Shown here: positions 16,801 through 30,190 of the stretch, piece by piece
How positions within the stretch are numbered: the stretch's first letter is position 1
Layout of the letters: the number at the start of each line of letters is the position of its first letter
Assembly (NCBI RefSeq): GCF_009914755.1
Contig: NC_060933.1
Origin: the human T2T-CHM13v2.0 reference genome, Homo sapiens
Direction: 5' to 3' (one strand)
DNA: 64,000 nt
Program-made: the position numbers and the translations under genes
Notes under the pieces: generated by a model
Databases searched by the model: none
What the model saw: only the letters and a program-made list of their open reading frames with translations
Told to the model about the DNA's origin: nothing

Positions 16801-19800
16801 AAAGCCCTGAGAAATAGACCCTCACAATAATTCTGGGATTGCTCACTTATTTGAGTTGGAATACCATGAAACCTCCTTAAAAAGTAGAATAGGGTAACTA
16901 GAAATGTTTGGCACGTAGTAGTAGCATAGTTATTAAAATTATCTTATCACCTGTAGTTGCTTGGGAGGAAATGTCAATTGAAGGAAAGACTTTGTGACAT
17001 TAAGTAGCTGCTGTACTCCATTGTGGTTATAATGAGTGCAAGGTCTATAGGATGGAATTGCTGCTTCTGATTGTCCTAGAGAGCTTATATAAGTAAAATA
17101 ACAAGTCTAGAAATTTAAACTCTCACCTCAAAGCATGGACACAGAACCAGATGACTTTTATGGTGCCATTTAATTTGCGAGTGTGTGCATGTCCCTTTTA
17201 GCTCCTTAGCAATTTCACAAGGAATTCCGTGTGTGGCCATAGTCACACATGGCTGAGGATAAAACCCAAAATATACTTGTGTGATGTACATAAGTAGAAT
17301 GAAATTTGAATATACAAAATATTCTATATTCTAAAAATCTCTTTCGTTAAATTTAGAGAATTGGGAAAGACTAGGACCCTCATGTGGGATGAGAACATTT
17401 GGGTGGATTCAGATGAATCTGAGAACTTGAAATTCTAAATCTCGAGGTTCCCATGTCAGTGGAAACAACTCCTCTTAGTATTCTGAGGAAATAAGTCTTT
17501 CCCTGCTTATAGAGGCTCTCATGACCCCATCCAATATAGCTGATTTATAGGGTGATGCCTATTTTCATTACTTGTAGACTTAATACCTAGAGTTAGACAC
17601 AGCATGCCCCAGGGAGAGAATTCAAGATCTGCTCCAATAGTACATTAAAAGAATTTCAAGCTCTCACTAATTTATATTAGTAGGGAAACACATGTGGGAA
17701 TGGATTATAAGACTGTTAGACCAAGATAAATGGAATATAATATTGGATTGAGCTGAAGTTACTAAAACAGGAACATTTACCTGAGATTCTGGATTTAGTA
17801 TGTTATCTTACTAGTGGTTCTAAGCATTTTCTTGGTTGTTAAACTAAAATTTGGATTCAGTGGTAGTCCACAATTAATGAGATTGAGATGCCATAACTTC
17901 CCTGGCATTATGTGAGAAATCCAAAGGTTTAGTTAGGGAGACAGGAATATTGGAGTGACTGAATTTATTATGTTCAGTCCATTCCCCTTCCCTCTATGTT
18001 CTTTGGTTGGGGGTGGGACTTAGAGGACATTTTTCTTCACCAAGTCATTAAGAAATGAATCAGTATGAGGAGATACTAAAATAGACTCTGATTTAAATAA
18101 AAATGATGCGTTTCTATATTACCGGAAAAACTCTAGGCCTGGTCAGCAGAAATGTAACTTGAGTTGCCACAATAAGTTATGGTCTCTTGCTATGTTCCCA
18201 CACCTAAGTTAGTTTACAGAACTTGAATCCCTTGATTGAAGGGAGGCTATGTCACCTTGAGGGAGGACCTGTGGTTATTTGCTAGGACACCTATGTCCTT
18301 GGGGGAAATGTAGAATGGACACTAGTTCTGAGTTGCCAATAATTTCTAGGGTCTAGAAATGCTGTTGTGGTCTACTGAAGAGAGTGAAGACTTACAGAGA
18401 ACAGGGGATAAATTGTGCCCTCAATGTATCTCACAGTGACCCCAGTATATAAGAGCCACTGTGTGGTTTTTGCTCTAGTTCCTGAATGTATGGTTGGAAT
18501 ATTTATACTTAGCAATTGGTCAAGTATTTACATCTGAACTTGACCCATGGAGAAATGGTTAATACAGTAAAAAGGGCCAAATGGAAGCCAATGGAAAAGG
18601 CTCTCCTACTAAAACAGCAAATCAAAACTAATAGCACCTCCCTGTAGAAATTGTAATTGTGAAGATCAGCGCTACCATTTAAAGACTTGAATATTGTGGG
18701 CTTTTGGTTCCTAGCACTTGCCTGCTTAGCCAGTATAAAACCCAGATGGAGTCGGAGAATGCCTGTGAATCACTGTAAAGTAAATTAAGTGCTGACTCCA
18801 ATGGCAGCTACTTTTCCAGTTGTATCTTTGCTGGAGCAAATTAGCATAGTCCTTGGTATTTGGTATGCAGCTGGCAAATGTGTTTTTCCCTATATTGATT
18901 AGTGAGGATTATCAAAAGCAGTTTGCTTTCACCTGGCAGAGACATCAATAAACTCCAGAGGTATGTGAACTCTCCTATGTTGTTGTAATACAGTCCACAG
19001 GGTCCTTGATCATCAGAACAGCTCATAGGATACTATTGTTAGCAACAAGCTGATTGGATCTTTTCAGCAGAAAATAGCAAGAGTCACAGTTGTTATTCTA
19101 ACACAAATGTATACAAAGAGGTGGAAGAAAAACCCCATAGAAATTTAGGGGCCTGACAATCAACACTATGTCTAAGGAGCATGTAGACATATTGCTCTAG
19201 ACAAGCAAGTTCCTGTGCCTTGCACCACTTTCAACTAAATCAGAGGCACAATGCTCAGGGGGACTCTGGCTATTGGAGGTGACATATACTGCATTTGGGT
19301 TGCCACTCTTATTTATTGAGCAACTGGTAACCATTCCAATTTTGAGTGAGGCCCAAGACAAGAGAAGGGTCTACTTAAAGTCCAGTTTGTAGAGCAAGGT
19401 CTGTGCCACTTAGCAGACTCAAGTGGCAAATACAGACACTGGGTGAGGCATTTTGCATGACCCAGGTAGAAGATGAATGCCCGATACATAAGAAATTTAC
19501 TTGAGCTATGACTCTTCTAAACACCATGAACTTAATGCTGTCTGATCCAACAAACTAAAAGCTTGGTGTATGCATCTGCGATCCATGAAATGGAAGTGGT
19601 TTATATGAGATTTGACTTGTGCAGATTGGTAAATTGGTGACAAGAAAGTCCGAGGTCCTTTATGGGCTTCTGAAATAGGCAGAGTGTCAGGATATATGTA
19701 TCACATGAACATGCTCACCAAAGAGCAGTCTCAGCAGAGGAAGCTCTCAATAATCAAGTCGATGAGATAATCTATTCCGTGACTGAGTTCAGTCAGCCTT

Positions 19801-21085
19801 TTTCTACAGCCACCACAGTATTTGCTCAATGGGCCTATATACAAAGTGGCATTGGTGCAGGGATGGAAGCTGTGCCAAGGCTCAGTAAGATAGATTTCCT
19901 CTCATCAGTGATGATCTGGCTATCCCCACTGCTAAATGCCCAATGTGCCAACAGCAGAGACCATGGTGGCATATTGGTTACCTTGGATCTTTTCCATCAT
20001 GTAAAAGTAAGAAATTTGTCCCCCAATAAAAATATGTTTGGTAGAGATTTGCCTTCCTTTCTTACAGTTCTTCTGCCAGGACCACTATTTGCAGCTTTAT
20101 CCACTGCCTCAGACTAAAGAGGCTTTATCCTTTGCCTCAGACTAAAGAGATATATTTTTCTGTGAAGTAAGTGCAACAATAGACTCACACCCACGGAGTC
20201 CATTGCTCTTACCATGCAACTCATCACTGGAAGCAGGTCACTTTATGGCTTGCTGAAGATTCTGTTACAATGTGAGCTGTGAGACAACACTCTGTGTTGT
20301 TGGGTGCTGTCCTAAAGTATGTGGAATATGCCTTAAAATAGTGGCTACTATGTCATACTGTCTTCTCCATAGCCAGAATGCATGAGGTAGAGACGTGAGG
20401 CCCTCTTTTACAATTACACCAAATAACCCAATGGCGTCATTTTTGTTTCCATCTCTGCAAGCTTGGGTTCAGTGGGTTTGGAGGCCCTAGAGCCTCAGAA
20501 AGAAATGTATTCACCAGGAAACAGAATCATCATTCCGTCGACTGGAAGTTGAGACTTCCCCTTGGACATTTTGTATTCTCATCATGCTGAATCAACAGCC
20601 AGAGGAGTTCTCTGTATTGGGTCAGGGGACCCAATTATCAAGGGTCCAAAATTATCAAGAAGAAAGTTGGTTGCTACTATACAATAGTGGAATGGTGCTA
20701 TATTTACAGCTCAATGTGTTCACTGGGGGTCTTCTACTACAATTTTATCCAACAGCCATTGTTAAGGGAAAACTGTGGCAATCCAATAAAGACTCACCAA
20801 AGACTCAGGTCCCATAGGGAAAACAATTATGCCATTCCACCAGGTAAAGAACAGTATCTAGCTGAGCTTTTAGCAGAGGGGAAGGAACATGGAATGGGTG
20901 GTGAAAGAAATGTGATAAATATGAACTTGACCTTGTGACCAGTTATGGAAATGAGGACTGCAGCAGGCATGCATATTCTTCTTATTTATATATTATAAAC
21001 ATAAATATATATTTCTATATGTTAGTCAATAATCTATTTTCTTTTTTCCTTCTATTATTTTAAAATGAGGAATGTTAGTTATTTT

Positions 21086-21550
21086 TGTGAAAGTTGTCAG
21101 GATCAAAATGGAGTCACTTGTGTCAAACCCTAACCACAACAAAAATAAAGCCAGAAGGCTGACAAGAAAGGGCCCTCATGCACACATGCTTATGATAAGA
21201 ATGATTACAAAGACTCTCTGAAGAGCTCTTACACAGTTTGCTACATGAGTCACAAGGACAGCTAGCCAGATGCACAAGAACTCTTGTCTTACATACCAAT
21301 AATGAACTGGTATTAACTCCTGCAATAAGCCCCTGTAACCAAAGTTATCTTTGTTTCAGAACAAATTATGTATACTTTTCCCTTTTACATTTAAAGGCAT
21401 CCCCTTGCCTCAACCTCTTTCAATATGCCTGTGGGCTCCATAGCCTACATATCCCAGATTTGCAAATGCTCTGCATACTCCTGAAAAAACTTATTATCTG
21501 TGGAGAATCTCTCTCTGTTATTTACACTGATATTCTTTTATTAGTTTAGA
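21086..21550 (+). mobile_element. ERV1-class solo LTR (MER34-like)
   Basis: tgtgaaagttgtcaggatcaaaatggagtcact start; interrupts the ERVL 3' internal region. Confidence 0.6.
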
Positions 21551-22273
21551 TCAGAGTTCACAAAACTGTGAGGAGCCAAGTACAGTTCTGATGGAGAGGA
21601 ACTCACTTCATGTGGGCTTCCTGGACATGGTGAGAGACACTGTGTCAGATGGTACTTTGTGTTCCATCTTTTTGGGAAGAGAGTGTCCATTTGTGCAAAA
21701 GTTAATTGAATTCTAGTAGGTGGAAGCACTAAGTCATTTTATGAAAGTTAAGTATGGATAGAAGGGTAAAAATGGGTGCTTTGTGGCACAGTGATTGGAC
21801 TGTGTAGACATTTGCCTGTTTACTCTTGAATCTTCCATTTTTTCCTGTGCTCTGCTCAGTGTGGCAGAGGTCCATATTACCCAGACTCCCTTGCTCTCTG
21901 ATGAAAAATACTAACAGAAGAGAGGAGGGTAGGAGGAGGAGAAAAGCCTGGATGTCCCCTCCACACCCTCACTATGGGTACCATATCAATTAGTAGCTGA
22001 AACTCCTCTCTCTTTTGTGTCACCTCATGCCAGATAACTTCTGCTAGGTTCTAGCTCTTTCTAGACATCCTACATTTTTCTCCTTCAACTTTCAGGATAT
22101 TATTGCTTTTATTTAAAAATTATGGGTTGCCTCTTCTCCCTTGTATTTCTCCCAAGCTCTTTTATCACCTTCATGTCCAATTCCCTATATTAAATCCCCA
22201 CTGTTTGAAATACCTAGAATAGTAGTTTCTGCTTTACTAGCTAGACTCTGACTATTGATAAGATGTGTGTGTG

Positions 22274-23597
22274 CATCTACAACCATCAGATCTTTGACAA
22301 ACCTGACAAAAACAAGAAATGGGGAAAAGATTCCCTAGTTAATAAATGGTGCTGGGAAAACTGGCTAGCCATATGTAGAAAGCTGAAACTGGATCCCTTC
22401 CTTACACCTTATACAAAAATTAATTCAAGATGGACTAAAGACTTAAATGTTAGACCTAAAACCATAAAAACCCTAGAAGAAAACCTAGGTAATACCATTT
22501 AGGACATAGGCATGGGCAAGGACTTCATGTCTAAAATGCAAAAAGCAATGGCAACAAAAGCCAAAATTGAGAAATGGGATCTAATTAAACTAAAGAGCTT
22601 CTGCACAGCAAAAGAAACTACCATCAGAGTGAACAGGCAACCTATAGAATGGGAGAAAATTTTTGCAATCTACCCATCTGACAAAGGGCTAATATCCAGA
22701 ATCTACAAATAACTTAAGCAAATTTACAAGAAAAAATGAAACAGCTCCATCAAAATGTGGGTGAAGGAATGAACAGACACTTCTCAAAAGAAGATATTTA
22801 TGCAGCCAACAGACACATGAAAAAATGCTCATCATCACTGGTCGTCAGAGAAATGCAAATCAAAACCACAATGAGATACCATCTCACACCAGTTAGAATG
22901 GCTATCATTAAAAAGTCAGGAAACAATAGGTGCTGGGAGGATGTGGAGAAATAGGAACACTTTTACACTGTTGGTGGGAGTGTAAACTAGTTCAACCATT
23001 GTGGAAGACAGTGTGGCGATTCCTCAAGGATCTAGAACTAGAAATACTATTTGACCCAGCCATCCCATTACCGGGTATATACCCAAAGGGTTATAAATCA
23101 TGCTGCTATAAAGACACATGCACACATATGTTTATTGCAGCACTATTCACAATAGCAAAGACTTGGAACCAACCCAAATGCCCATCAATGATAGACTGGA
23201 TTAAGAAAATATGGCACATATACACCATGGAATACTATGCAGCCACAAAAAAGGATGAGTTCATGTCTTTTTAAGGACATGGAAGAAGTTGGAAACCATC
23301 ATTCTGTGCAAACTATCACAAGGACAGAAAACCACACACTGCATGTTCTCACTCACAGGTGGGAATTGAACAATGAGAACACTTGGACACAGGACAGGAA
23401 AATCACACACCGGGGCCTGTCGTGGGGTGGGGGGAGGGGGGAGGGATAGCATTAGGAGATATACCTAATGTAAATGACGAGTTAATGGATGCAGCACACC
23501 AACATGGCACATGTATACCTATGTAACAAACCTGCACATTGTGCACATGTACCCTAGAACTTAAAGTATAATAATAAAAAAATAAAATAAAATAAAA
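22274..23597 (+). mobile_element. L1PA (L1PA5/6-like) 5'-truncated 3' fragment
   Basis: ORF2 C-terminal peptides ([19 protein letters not shown]...), L1PA 3'UTR and an A-rich tail. Confidence 0.93.
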
Positions 23598-23990
23598 CTG
23601 GGCCGCAATCCTTGTACCATATACAAGAACCAACTCAAGGGATTAAAGACTTAAATATAAAACCTAAAACTACAAGAACCCTGAAAGACAACCTAGGCAA
23701 TACCATGCAGAACATAGGCATGGGCAAAGATCTCACAAAGATGCCAAAAGGAATTGCAGCAAGAGCAAAAATTAACAAATGGGATCTAATTAAACTGAAG
23801 ATATTTTCTCCACACAAAAATAAAATATCAATAGAGTAAACAGACAACCTATAGGATGGAAGAAATCTTCTGCAAACTGTACATCTGAGAAAAGCCTAAT
23901 ATTTAGTATTTATAAGAAACTTTAACAACTTTATGAGAAAAAAAAACCCATAGAAAAGCAGGTAAAGAACATGAACAGACATTTTTTGGA
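23598..23990 (+). mobile_element. Older L1P (L1PB/PA-old) ORF2 fragment
   Basis: [10 protein letters not shown]...[11 protein letters not shown] homology, more diverged than the adjacent L1PA. Confidence 0.8.
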
Positions 23991-24284
23991 AGTAATAATA
24001 ATAAAACAAGTTTTTATTATTCCTTCTTTGAAATGGAGGTAAAATACATATAAAGAAAAGCACAGATCTTATGTATTTGCTTGAATGAGATTTGACAAAC
24101 ACGTACATGTGATTGCACAACGCCTAGATGAACATATGGAACATTCATTTTACCTTAGGCTCCTTTTAAGTTCAGTTCCAGTTCTTCAGGGGAAATGTTA
24201 TACTGACTAGAAACTCATACTCACCTGTTTTTAATCCTTATATAATAAAATTATGTAATAACATAAAATAAATAAATAAATAAA

Positions 24285-24703
24285 TTTTCGGACTGTTTTT
24301 CTATTTCTGTGAAGAATTTTATTAGCGTTTTAATAGGGAATTACATTGAATCTGTTGATTGCTTTGGGGAGTATGGACATTTTAACAATATCGATCCTTC
24401 CACTCCATTAATATGGAATATCTTTCAATTTTTTTGTGTTCCCTTCAATTTTTCTCATCAATGTTTCATAGTTTTTATTATAGAGCTCTTTCACTTCTTT
24501 TGTTAATTTCTAAGTATTTAATTCTATGTGTGGGTATTGTAAGTGGGATTACTTTTTTTCAGATTCTTCACTGTTGGCATGTGGAAATGCTACTAGTTTT
24601 TGTACGTTGATTTTGTATGCTGCAACTTTACTGAATTTATCAGTTCTAATCATTCTTTGATGGAGTTTTTAGATTTTTTCAAATATAAAGTCATATCATC
24701 TGC
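24285..24703 (-). mobile_element. L1M ORF2 fragment
   Basis: ttctgtgaagaat...attgaatctgttgattgctttggggagtatggacatt...catatcatctgcaaa. Confidence 0.8.
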
Positions 24704-24858
24704 AAAAAAAAGAAATTATAGCCATAAACTTTCCAAATTTGATTTAAAATAAAATTATAAACTTACAGATCCAAGAAGTTTAGCAAATCCCCCGAGAAAT
24801 AAAAACACTAAAGAAACCACACGTAGGAAACCACAAGGCAAATTGCTGTATTTTGTGA

Positions 24859-25033
24859 CAATGGTTCTCACACTTTGCTGCATACTATTATAGAATCACC
24901 TGGGAAGCTTGTAAAAATCCCAGTGTCCAGCCTTCACCCTGTGCCACCTGACTTGGAATCTCTGGGTGGGGCCCCAGACATCAATATTAGCTCTCCAAGT
25001 AATTCTAGGGTACAGCCAAGTTTGACAACCAGC
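24859..25033. mobile_element. MER5A-like hAT-Charlie MITE
   Basis: caatggttctcacactttgctgcata...gaatcacctgggaagctt...agccaagtttgacaacca. Confidence 0.75.
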
Positions 25034-25960
25034 ATTTCATGTCCCCTATCTCTGAGAAAGAGGCATTAACTCCTGCAAGCAATGTCCCACACATGTGGGT
25101 GTCCAGCTGCTTGCCATTTACCTGATAAAGGTAAAATAAGTGAGCTTTTAGTGGGACCCTGGACAAGCTGTTTACCTGGTCCAGGCTGCCACAGCCCTTA
25201 AGACCAGTCATACTTTACATAGTTCAATGGGTCTGAAGTAGACTGGAATGGTGGTTGAAGAATGTGGCTAGCTGTGATTGGAAACTTACAGCACAGTCCC
25301 ACTGAATTCCAGAGCAAGAAACCATCATTTTCCTCTTTAAATAGGAGTTACTACAATTTTCCCTTCTCTTTCTTCCTTGTCTCTCACTGTAGTGTGTTTG
25401 GATATGAGCTAAACTTGCCGTTTATGTCACAGATTGCAGAACAGTCATACAAGCTGTCTAAAGGATCAAAGGAGAAATGATCACTATCTGGAGAAGTAGA
25501 CTCTGAGTAGCCTGGCCTCTGACATTATCTGTGGATTCAGTGGTCTGTTGGGAGAAGGGGCTGTGCTGGAGTAGTATATAACATTTTTGGATCATGGTAG
25601 AAGGGAATATTTTGAATGTATGGGAAGAAGTGATTGACAGCCAGACAGCCATAAGTGGAAAGTGGTAGATACTTTTAGAGGGTAGATACCCAGCTCACAA
25701 CAATATGTGCTTCTCTGAGAACTGCCCATAGTGTAATCATTCTCCAGTAAACAAACTCCAGGACACAGCTGCTGGGAGCAGGAGTGGTGTTGTGACTTTT
25801 GAGTTTTCTTTCCTAGGAATTTAGAATTTTGAAGGAAGAAACCCTGAGACTGGAGATAGTTGGAACTGAGTCATATTAATGGCAGACCTCTAGGGAGAGT
25901 CCACAATTTTCAGTTGCAGAGGCCCCTAAGCTTTCCTGGTTCTTACTCATGGCCTGGTTG

Positions 25961-26189
25961 CAGTGATATACTGGTAAATTTTTAACAACTGACACTTTAA
26001 AAAAAGAAAGAAAGAAGGAAATTAAGGAAAGGAAAAAGAGCCCTGGTTTCTAGTGTGTGTTGACTCCCATGGTTTAAATACTCCCACCACGGCCTATTAT
26101 CACAGTGATGTCACTGAACAGGGAGCTGGGAAGTATTGCCTATAACAGACTCTCACAAGCCAGTATAAGCTGGCTTCAGCACACCCCTG
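25961..26189. mobile_element. MER63-like DNA transposon
   Basis: cagtgatatactggtaaattttt...ggcttcagcacacccctg termini. Confidence 0.55.
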
Positions 26190-26659
26190 CTCCCCTGTCA
26201 ATTCTCCCTTCTATTCACAGAATTCTCCAATAGTCTCCCAGTAAACTCCTTTTGGGGTTTATATAGCTAAGGCTTATTTTAACTAATTGTTAAACTCATT
26301 TATTTTAACTAATAAGGCTGTTTTTTTATAGCCACATCCTTTAAATATTAATTGCCATTTTCATTTGTATGCAAAATTAACATCTATTTCTATAAATGTG
26401 CAGAGTCTTCACCAGCTCCGGAAAAGAATATTTTTAATCACTGCAGTCGCTTAGGATAACAGGGTTATCTTTGGAAATTCCTGCCCTCTCGTGTCCAGTA
26501 TAGAGAACTACTTTTGTGTTCTCTAAGGCTGTGAATGTTAGCGGACAACCAGGAGGTGAGTTAGAGGCTCTTGATGGCAACAGGGGACTATTCCCAGGGT
26601 ATAGACGGGCGAGTGTAATGCATATTAGTTCCCAATGTTTGTTTATTACTGAAGTCCAA

Positions 26660-27414
26660 GAAACTCGGTACTAATGACATGTTGAGCTAGATAATTCTTT
26701 GTTGTAGGATGGTTTTTTGTTTTTTTGTTTCATTTTGTTTTGATTTTGGAGACAGAGTCTCGCTCTGTCGCCCAGGCTGGAGTGAGTGCAGTGGCAAAAT
26801 CTCAGCTCACTGCAACCTCTGCCTCCTTGGTTCAAGCGATTCTCCTGCCTCAGCCTCCTGAGTAGCTGGGATTACAGGTGCCCACCACCACACCTGGCTA
26901 ATTTTTGTATTTTTTAGTAGAGACAGGGTCTCACCATGATGGCCAGGCTGGTCTTGAACTCCTGACCTCAAGTGGTGCACCTGCCTTGGCCTCCCAAAGT
27001 GCTGTGATTACAGGCAGGAGCCATTGTGCCTGGCTGGTTTTGTTTTGTTCTGTTTTTAAGACAGGGTCTCACTTGTTGTCCACGTGGGAGAGCAGTGGTA
27101 CAATCATAGCTCACTGCAGCTTTGAACCCCTGGGGTCAGGTGATCCTCTCACCTCAGCCTCCCGAGTACCTGGGACTACAGGCACACGCCACCATGCCTG
27201 GCTAATTTTTTTCTTTTTCTTTTTGTAATTTGTGTAGAGACAGGGTTTTGCCATGTTGCCCAGGATGTTTAGCAACATTCCTGGCCTCTACCCAGTATGT
27301 AGATAGCACCCACCCCTCCACCAACTGTGACAACCAAAAATACCTCCAGACATTGCCATTGCCAAATGTCCCGTGGGATGGAGAGGAGAGTGATTCCCAG
27401 GCTGAGAACCACTG
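26660..27414. mobile_element. MER20 split by two tandem minus-strand Alus (AluS 26712-27035; AluJ partial 27036-27263)
   Basis: MER20 halves ataattctttgttgtaggatg and ggatgtttagcaacattcctggcctctaccc...gctgagaaccactg flank the Alus. Confidence 0.8.
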
Positions 27415-28740
27415 CTTTATGCTGATGAAGCAAATTTATTTTACACATTGCTGACCTTGAAGTAGCACTGAATCCACCAGCTTATGGCACCAAGTTGGAG
27501 CTTAAGCCTACAGCCCAGGCTGTAACTCCTGAGTTCCCATACTGTATACTACAGGAGGAAAAGTTCCAGGTGCCAGATATCCAAACACTTGCTTTTTAAT
27601 AGGACACACAGTCTATAATCAAAAATGTAAAACCTTCCAACTAAAGCAAAACATATCAAGGCATGATCGGAATGGATGTTGGTGCATTCATTCATTTGTT
27701 CAGTAAATATTTGTTAAGGAGTACTTCTGAAATACGTGATGCAGTAGGTGCTAGAGCTGATGCAATGTCAGACTATGGCCCTGCCTTTAAGGAGCTAATC
27801 ATCCTAGAGGGGTTCAATGGAGATACTGTCAGTTATAAGTAAGAGAGAGTCCAATTCCAGCTGGCTTAAACAATCATGGGACTTTACTGGCCCATGCATT
27901 TGAAAAGCCCACAGACAGTGCAGACCTTAGGTAAGGCTGGATCCAATGGCTCAAAGTTGTCACCAGGGCCTGGGTTTCCTCCAGTGTCTCTGCTCCTCCT
28001 TTCCTATTGTCAATTTTATCCTAAGGTGGACTTCCCTTTTCCAGCAGCCCCTATTTTTACACGTGTCCTTATTTCTAGTAGAAGACTTGAAATTCACTTT
28101 GACTACTTTAGGTCACCTGCCCACCCTTGAATCAATAGTTGTCACCAGAGAAATGGAAAGTCCTGATGGATTGATTTAGCCAAGGGTACTTGCTTCAAGC
28201 ATGGCACCAGTTTCCATAGAAATCACATAAATTCCCTGAAGGAGATCAGGGATTGCTGAGAAGGGAGAGAGAGCACCAGAAATGCTGGGTGAATATGGGG
28301 TGGTCAGCCAGCTCTTTTCACACAGGCTCTGCCAGGTGATTTCATCCGGTCCCAAAGCACCATTCCTGTGGATTTCCATGAAGGTCTTATTGTAGCACTT
28401 TGGGCTTCACACCTGCTGCTTGCCTCTCTGAAACCTCATTCCATCCACTCTTCACAGTGACCCTTTCTCTCCTTTCAAAGCTCAGTTCAGAGTCAGATTA
28501 TCTGAGGCTTCTTCCACCTCCCTGAGCCATCCTTCTTTCATACTCCCTTAGCCCTGGTACTACCTATGCCTCATACCTGGTCAGGTTTCATGTTCCTCTT
28601 TCTCCAATTTTAGACTTACATTTTGCCTTTAAAGAGTTTGGGGTCTCCTAAATCCCCTCTCTTTAATGCCTAACAAAAGCATTGAGAGCATTGATGTTGA
28701 TTTCTTTGGTATCTCCAATTTCAACAATAAGATGGTTAAA

Positions 28741-28766
28741 GTGTGTGTGTGTGTGTGTGTGTGTGT
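28741..28766. repeat. (GT)n microsatellite
   Basis: Direct observation. Confidence 0.95.
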
Positions 28767-29344
28767 AAAACAGTGTGAGAAAGAAGTGTGGAGCTGTGGA
28801 AAGAGCACAGGATTTATAGTAAGATAATCTATAGGCAGACAGTCCTGGGTTTAAATCCTGGATCAGCACTCTTTCAGATCTCAGACATTCACCAGTGGAT
28901 CCCTACTTGACTCTTTTCTTTCCTTAAAAGGTATGTATAGTGTGTTACACATTCACTTTCTATGACTTTTCACGCTTGTTAATATGCAATCATGCCAGTG
29001 TTATTTGTTTATGTTAGGCACATTTAACAAACAGTACATTAAATAAGTGCTTGTAAGTACTGCCATAGTTGAGGTTCCTGATAGTGGTGGCTTTGGCTAA
29101 GAGAGAGCAAAGAGGGACAAAGAGAAATCCTTCAGGCCTTGAACACATTTTTCCCCTTTTGGCTGAATGTGGTTCCCAGATTTGAGGTGGAGTGGAAGGA
29201 GCAAGTATGGTTTGTTCCTTCCACCTACTCCTCTGCCTGATCACACCTCCTGAAGCCCCGCCCTGATATAACCGCTCAGTGCACGGCCATGGTGCTTACA
29301 TCAGCCCTCCATGCACAATGTAAAGATAAGAATGATAACAATGT

Positions 29345-29632
29345 TTTATTTTTTGAAACAGGGTCTCTGTTGCCCAGGCTGGAGTGCAGTGGCACGATCT
29401 CGGCTCACGTAACCTCCACCTCCTGGGTTCAAGTGATCTTCCCACTTCAACCTCCTGAGTAGCTAAGACTACAGGCACACACCACCACACCTGGCTAATT
29501 TTTGTATTTTTTATAGAGACGGGGTTTCGCCCTGTTGCCAAGGCTGATCTCAAACTCCTGGAGTCAAATGATCCACCTGCCTTGGCCTCCCAATGTGTTG
29601 GGATTATGGGGGTTAAGCCACCGTGCCTAACC
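29345..29632 (-). mobile_element. AluJ
   Basis: Diverged Alu dimer. Confidence 0.88.
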
Positions 29633-29819
29633 GATTTTTTTTAACATGGTGCTTTTAAACTTACTTAATGCATTTGGGGCAGGTTTCATGCATAAAAAGT
29701 GGGAGATGGTAGAGGCCTGGGAAGATATATAGTTGTGCTTTCCATGATATGAAACATGGCCCTCTGAATGCACTGTCAACACATCTGTCCTGTGAGTTTC
29801 CCTGCTTTGAGCCTCAGTT

Positions 29820-30190
29820 CAGTCACTTACCACTTACAAAAAGTTACTTGATGGGAGAGCTATTTCTCCAGTCTACTCCTTGATGTCAACCCTCCAAGTT
29901 GGGGTATGATGGGCTGAGGAACGCTGAGGTTTACACTAGCTAAGCAGTGGGACCAGCTGATGACCGACTGTCCTCTGATGAAGCCCACATCAGTCACCTA
30001 CCACTTACCACTTGAGCCGAGTTCGAGGTTGCGGCCACATGAGCCATAATTACACCACCACACTCCGGCGTGGGCGACAGAGTGAGACCCTGTCTCAAAA
30101 ACAAACAAAAATTTGGGAATCCCAAGTCTGTTCTATTTTTGTAATAGTGGACACATTTTCAGAAGGGCATGAGGACTTTCCCGAGTCTAA
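29820..30190 (+). repeat. Composite local duplication: copies of 31800-31935 and 30758-30940 joined by a repeated 18-mer
   Basis: Direct alignment, about 93-95% identity outside the Alu part. Confidence 0.9.

Larger units (their letters stand above)
16300..22260 (+). mobile_element. Ancient ERVL-class provirus remnant (LTR33-like LTRs at about 16300-16510 and 21780-22260; gag/pol/dUTPase-like internal region)
   Basis: Degenerate HERV-L-like motifs: gag VWEWI.R (about 17695), RT SLLEQI...WYAA...KQFAFTWQ...P.GY.NSP (18820-18980), dUTPase-like WKLRLP.GHF (about 20540). Similar LTR 3' ends (ttgaaatacc...) on both sides. Confidence 0.75.
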
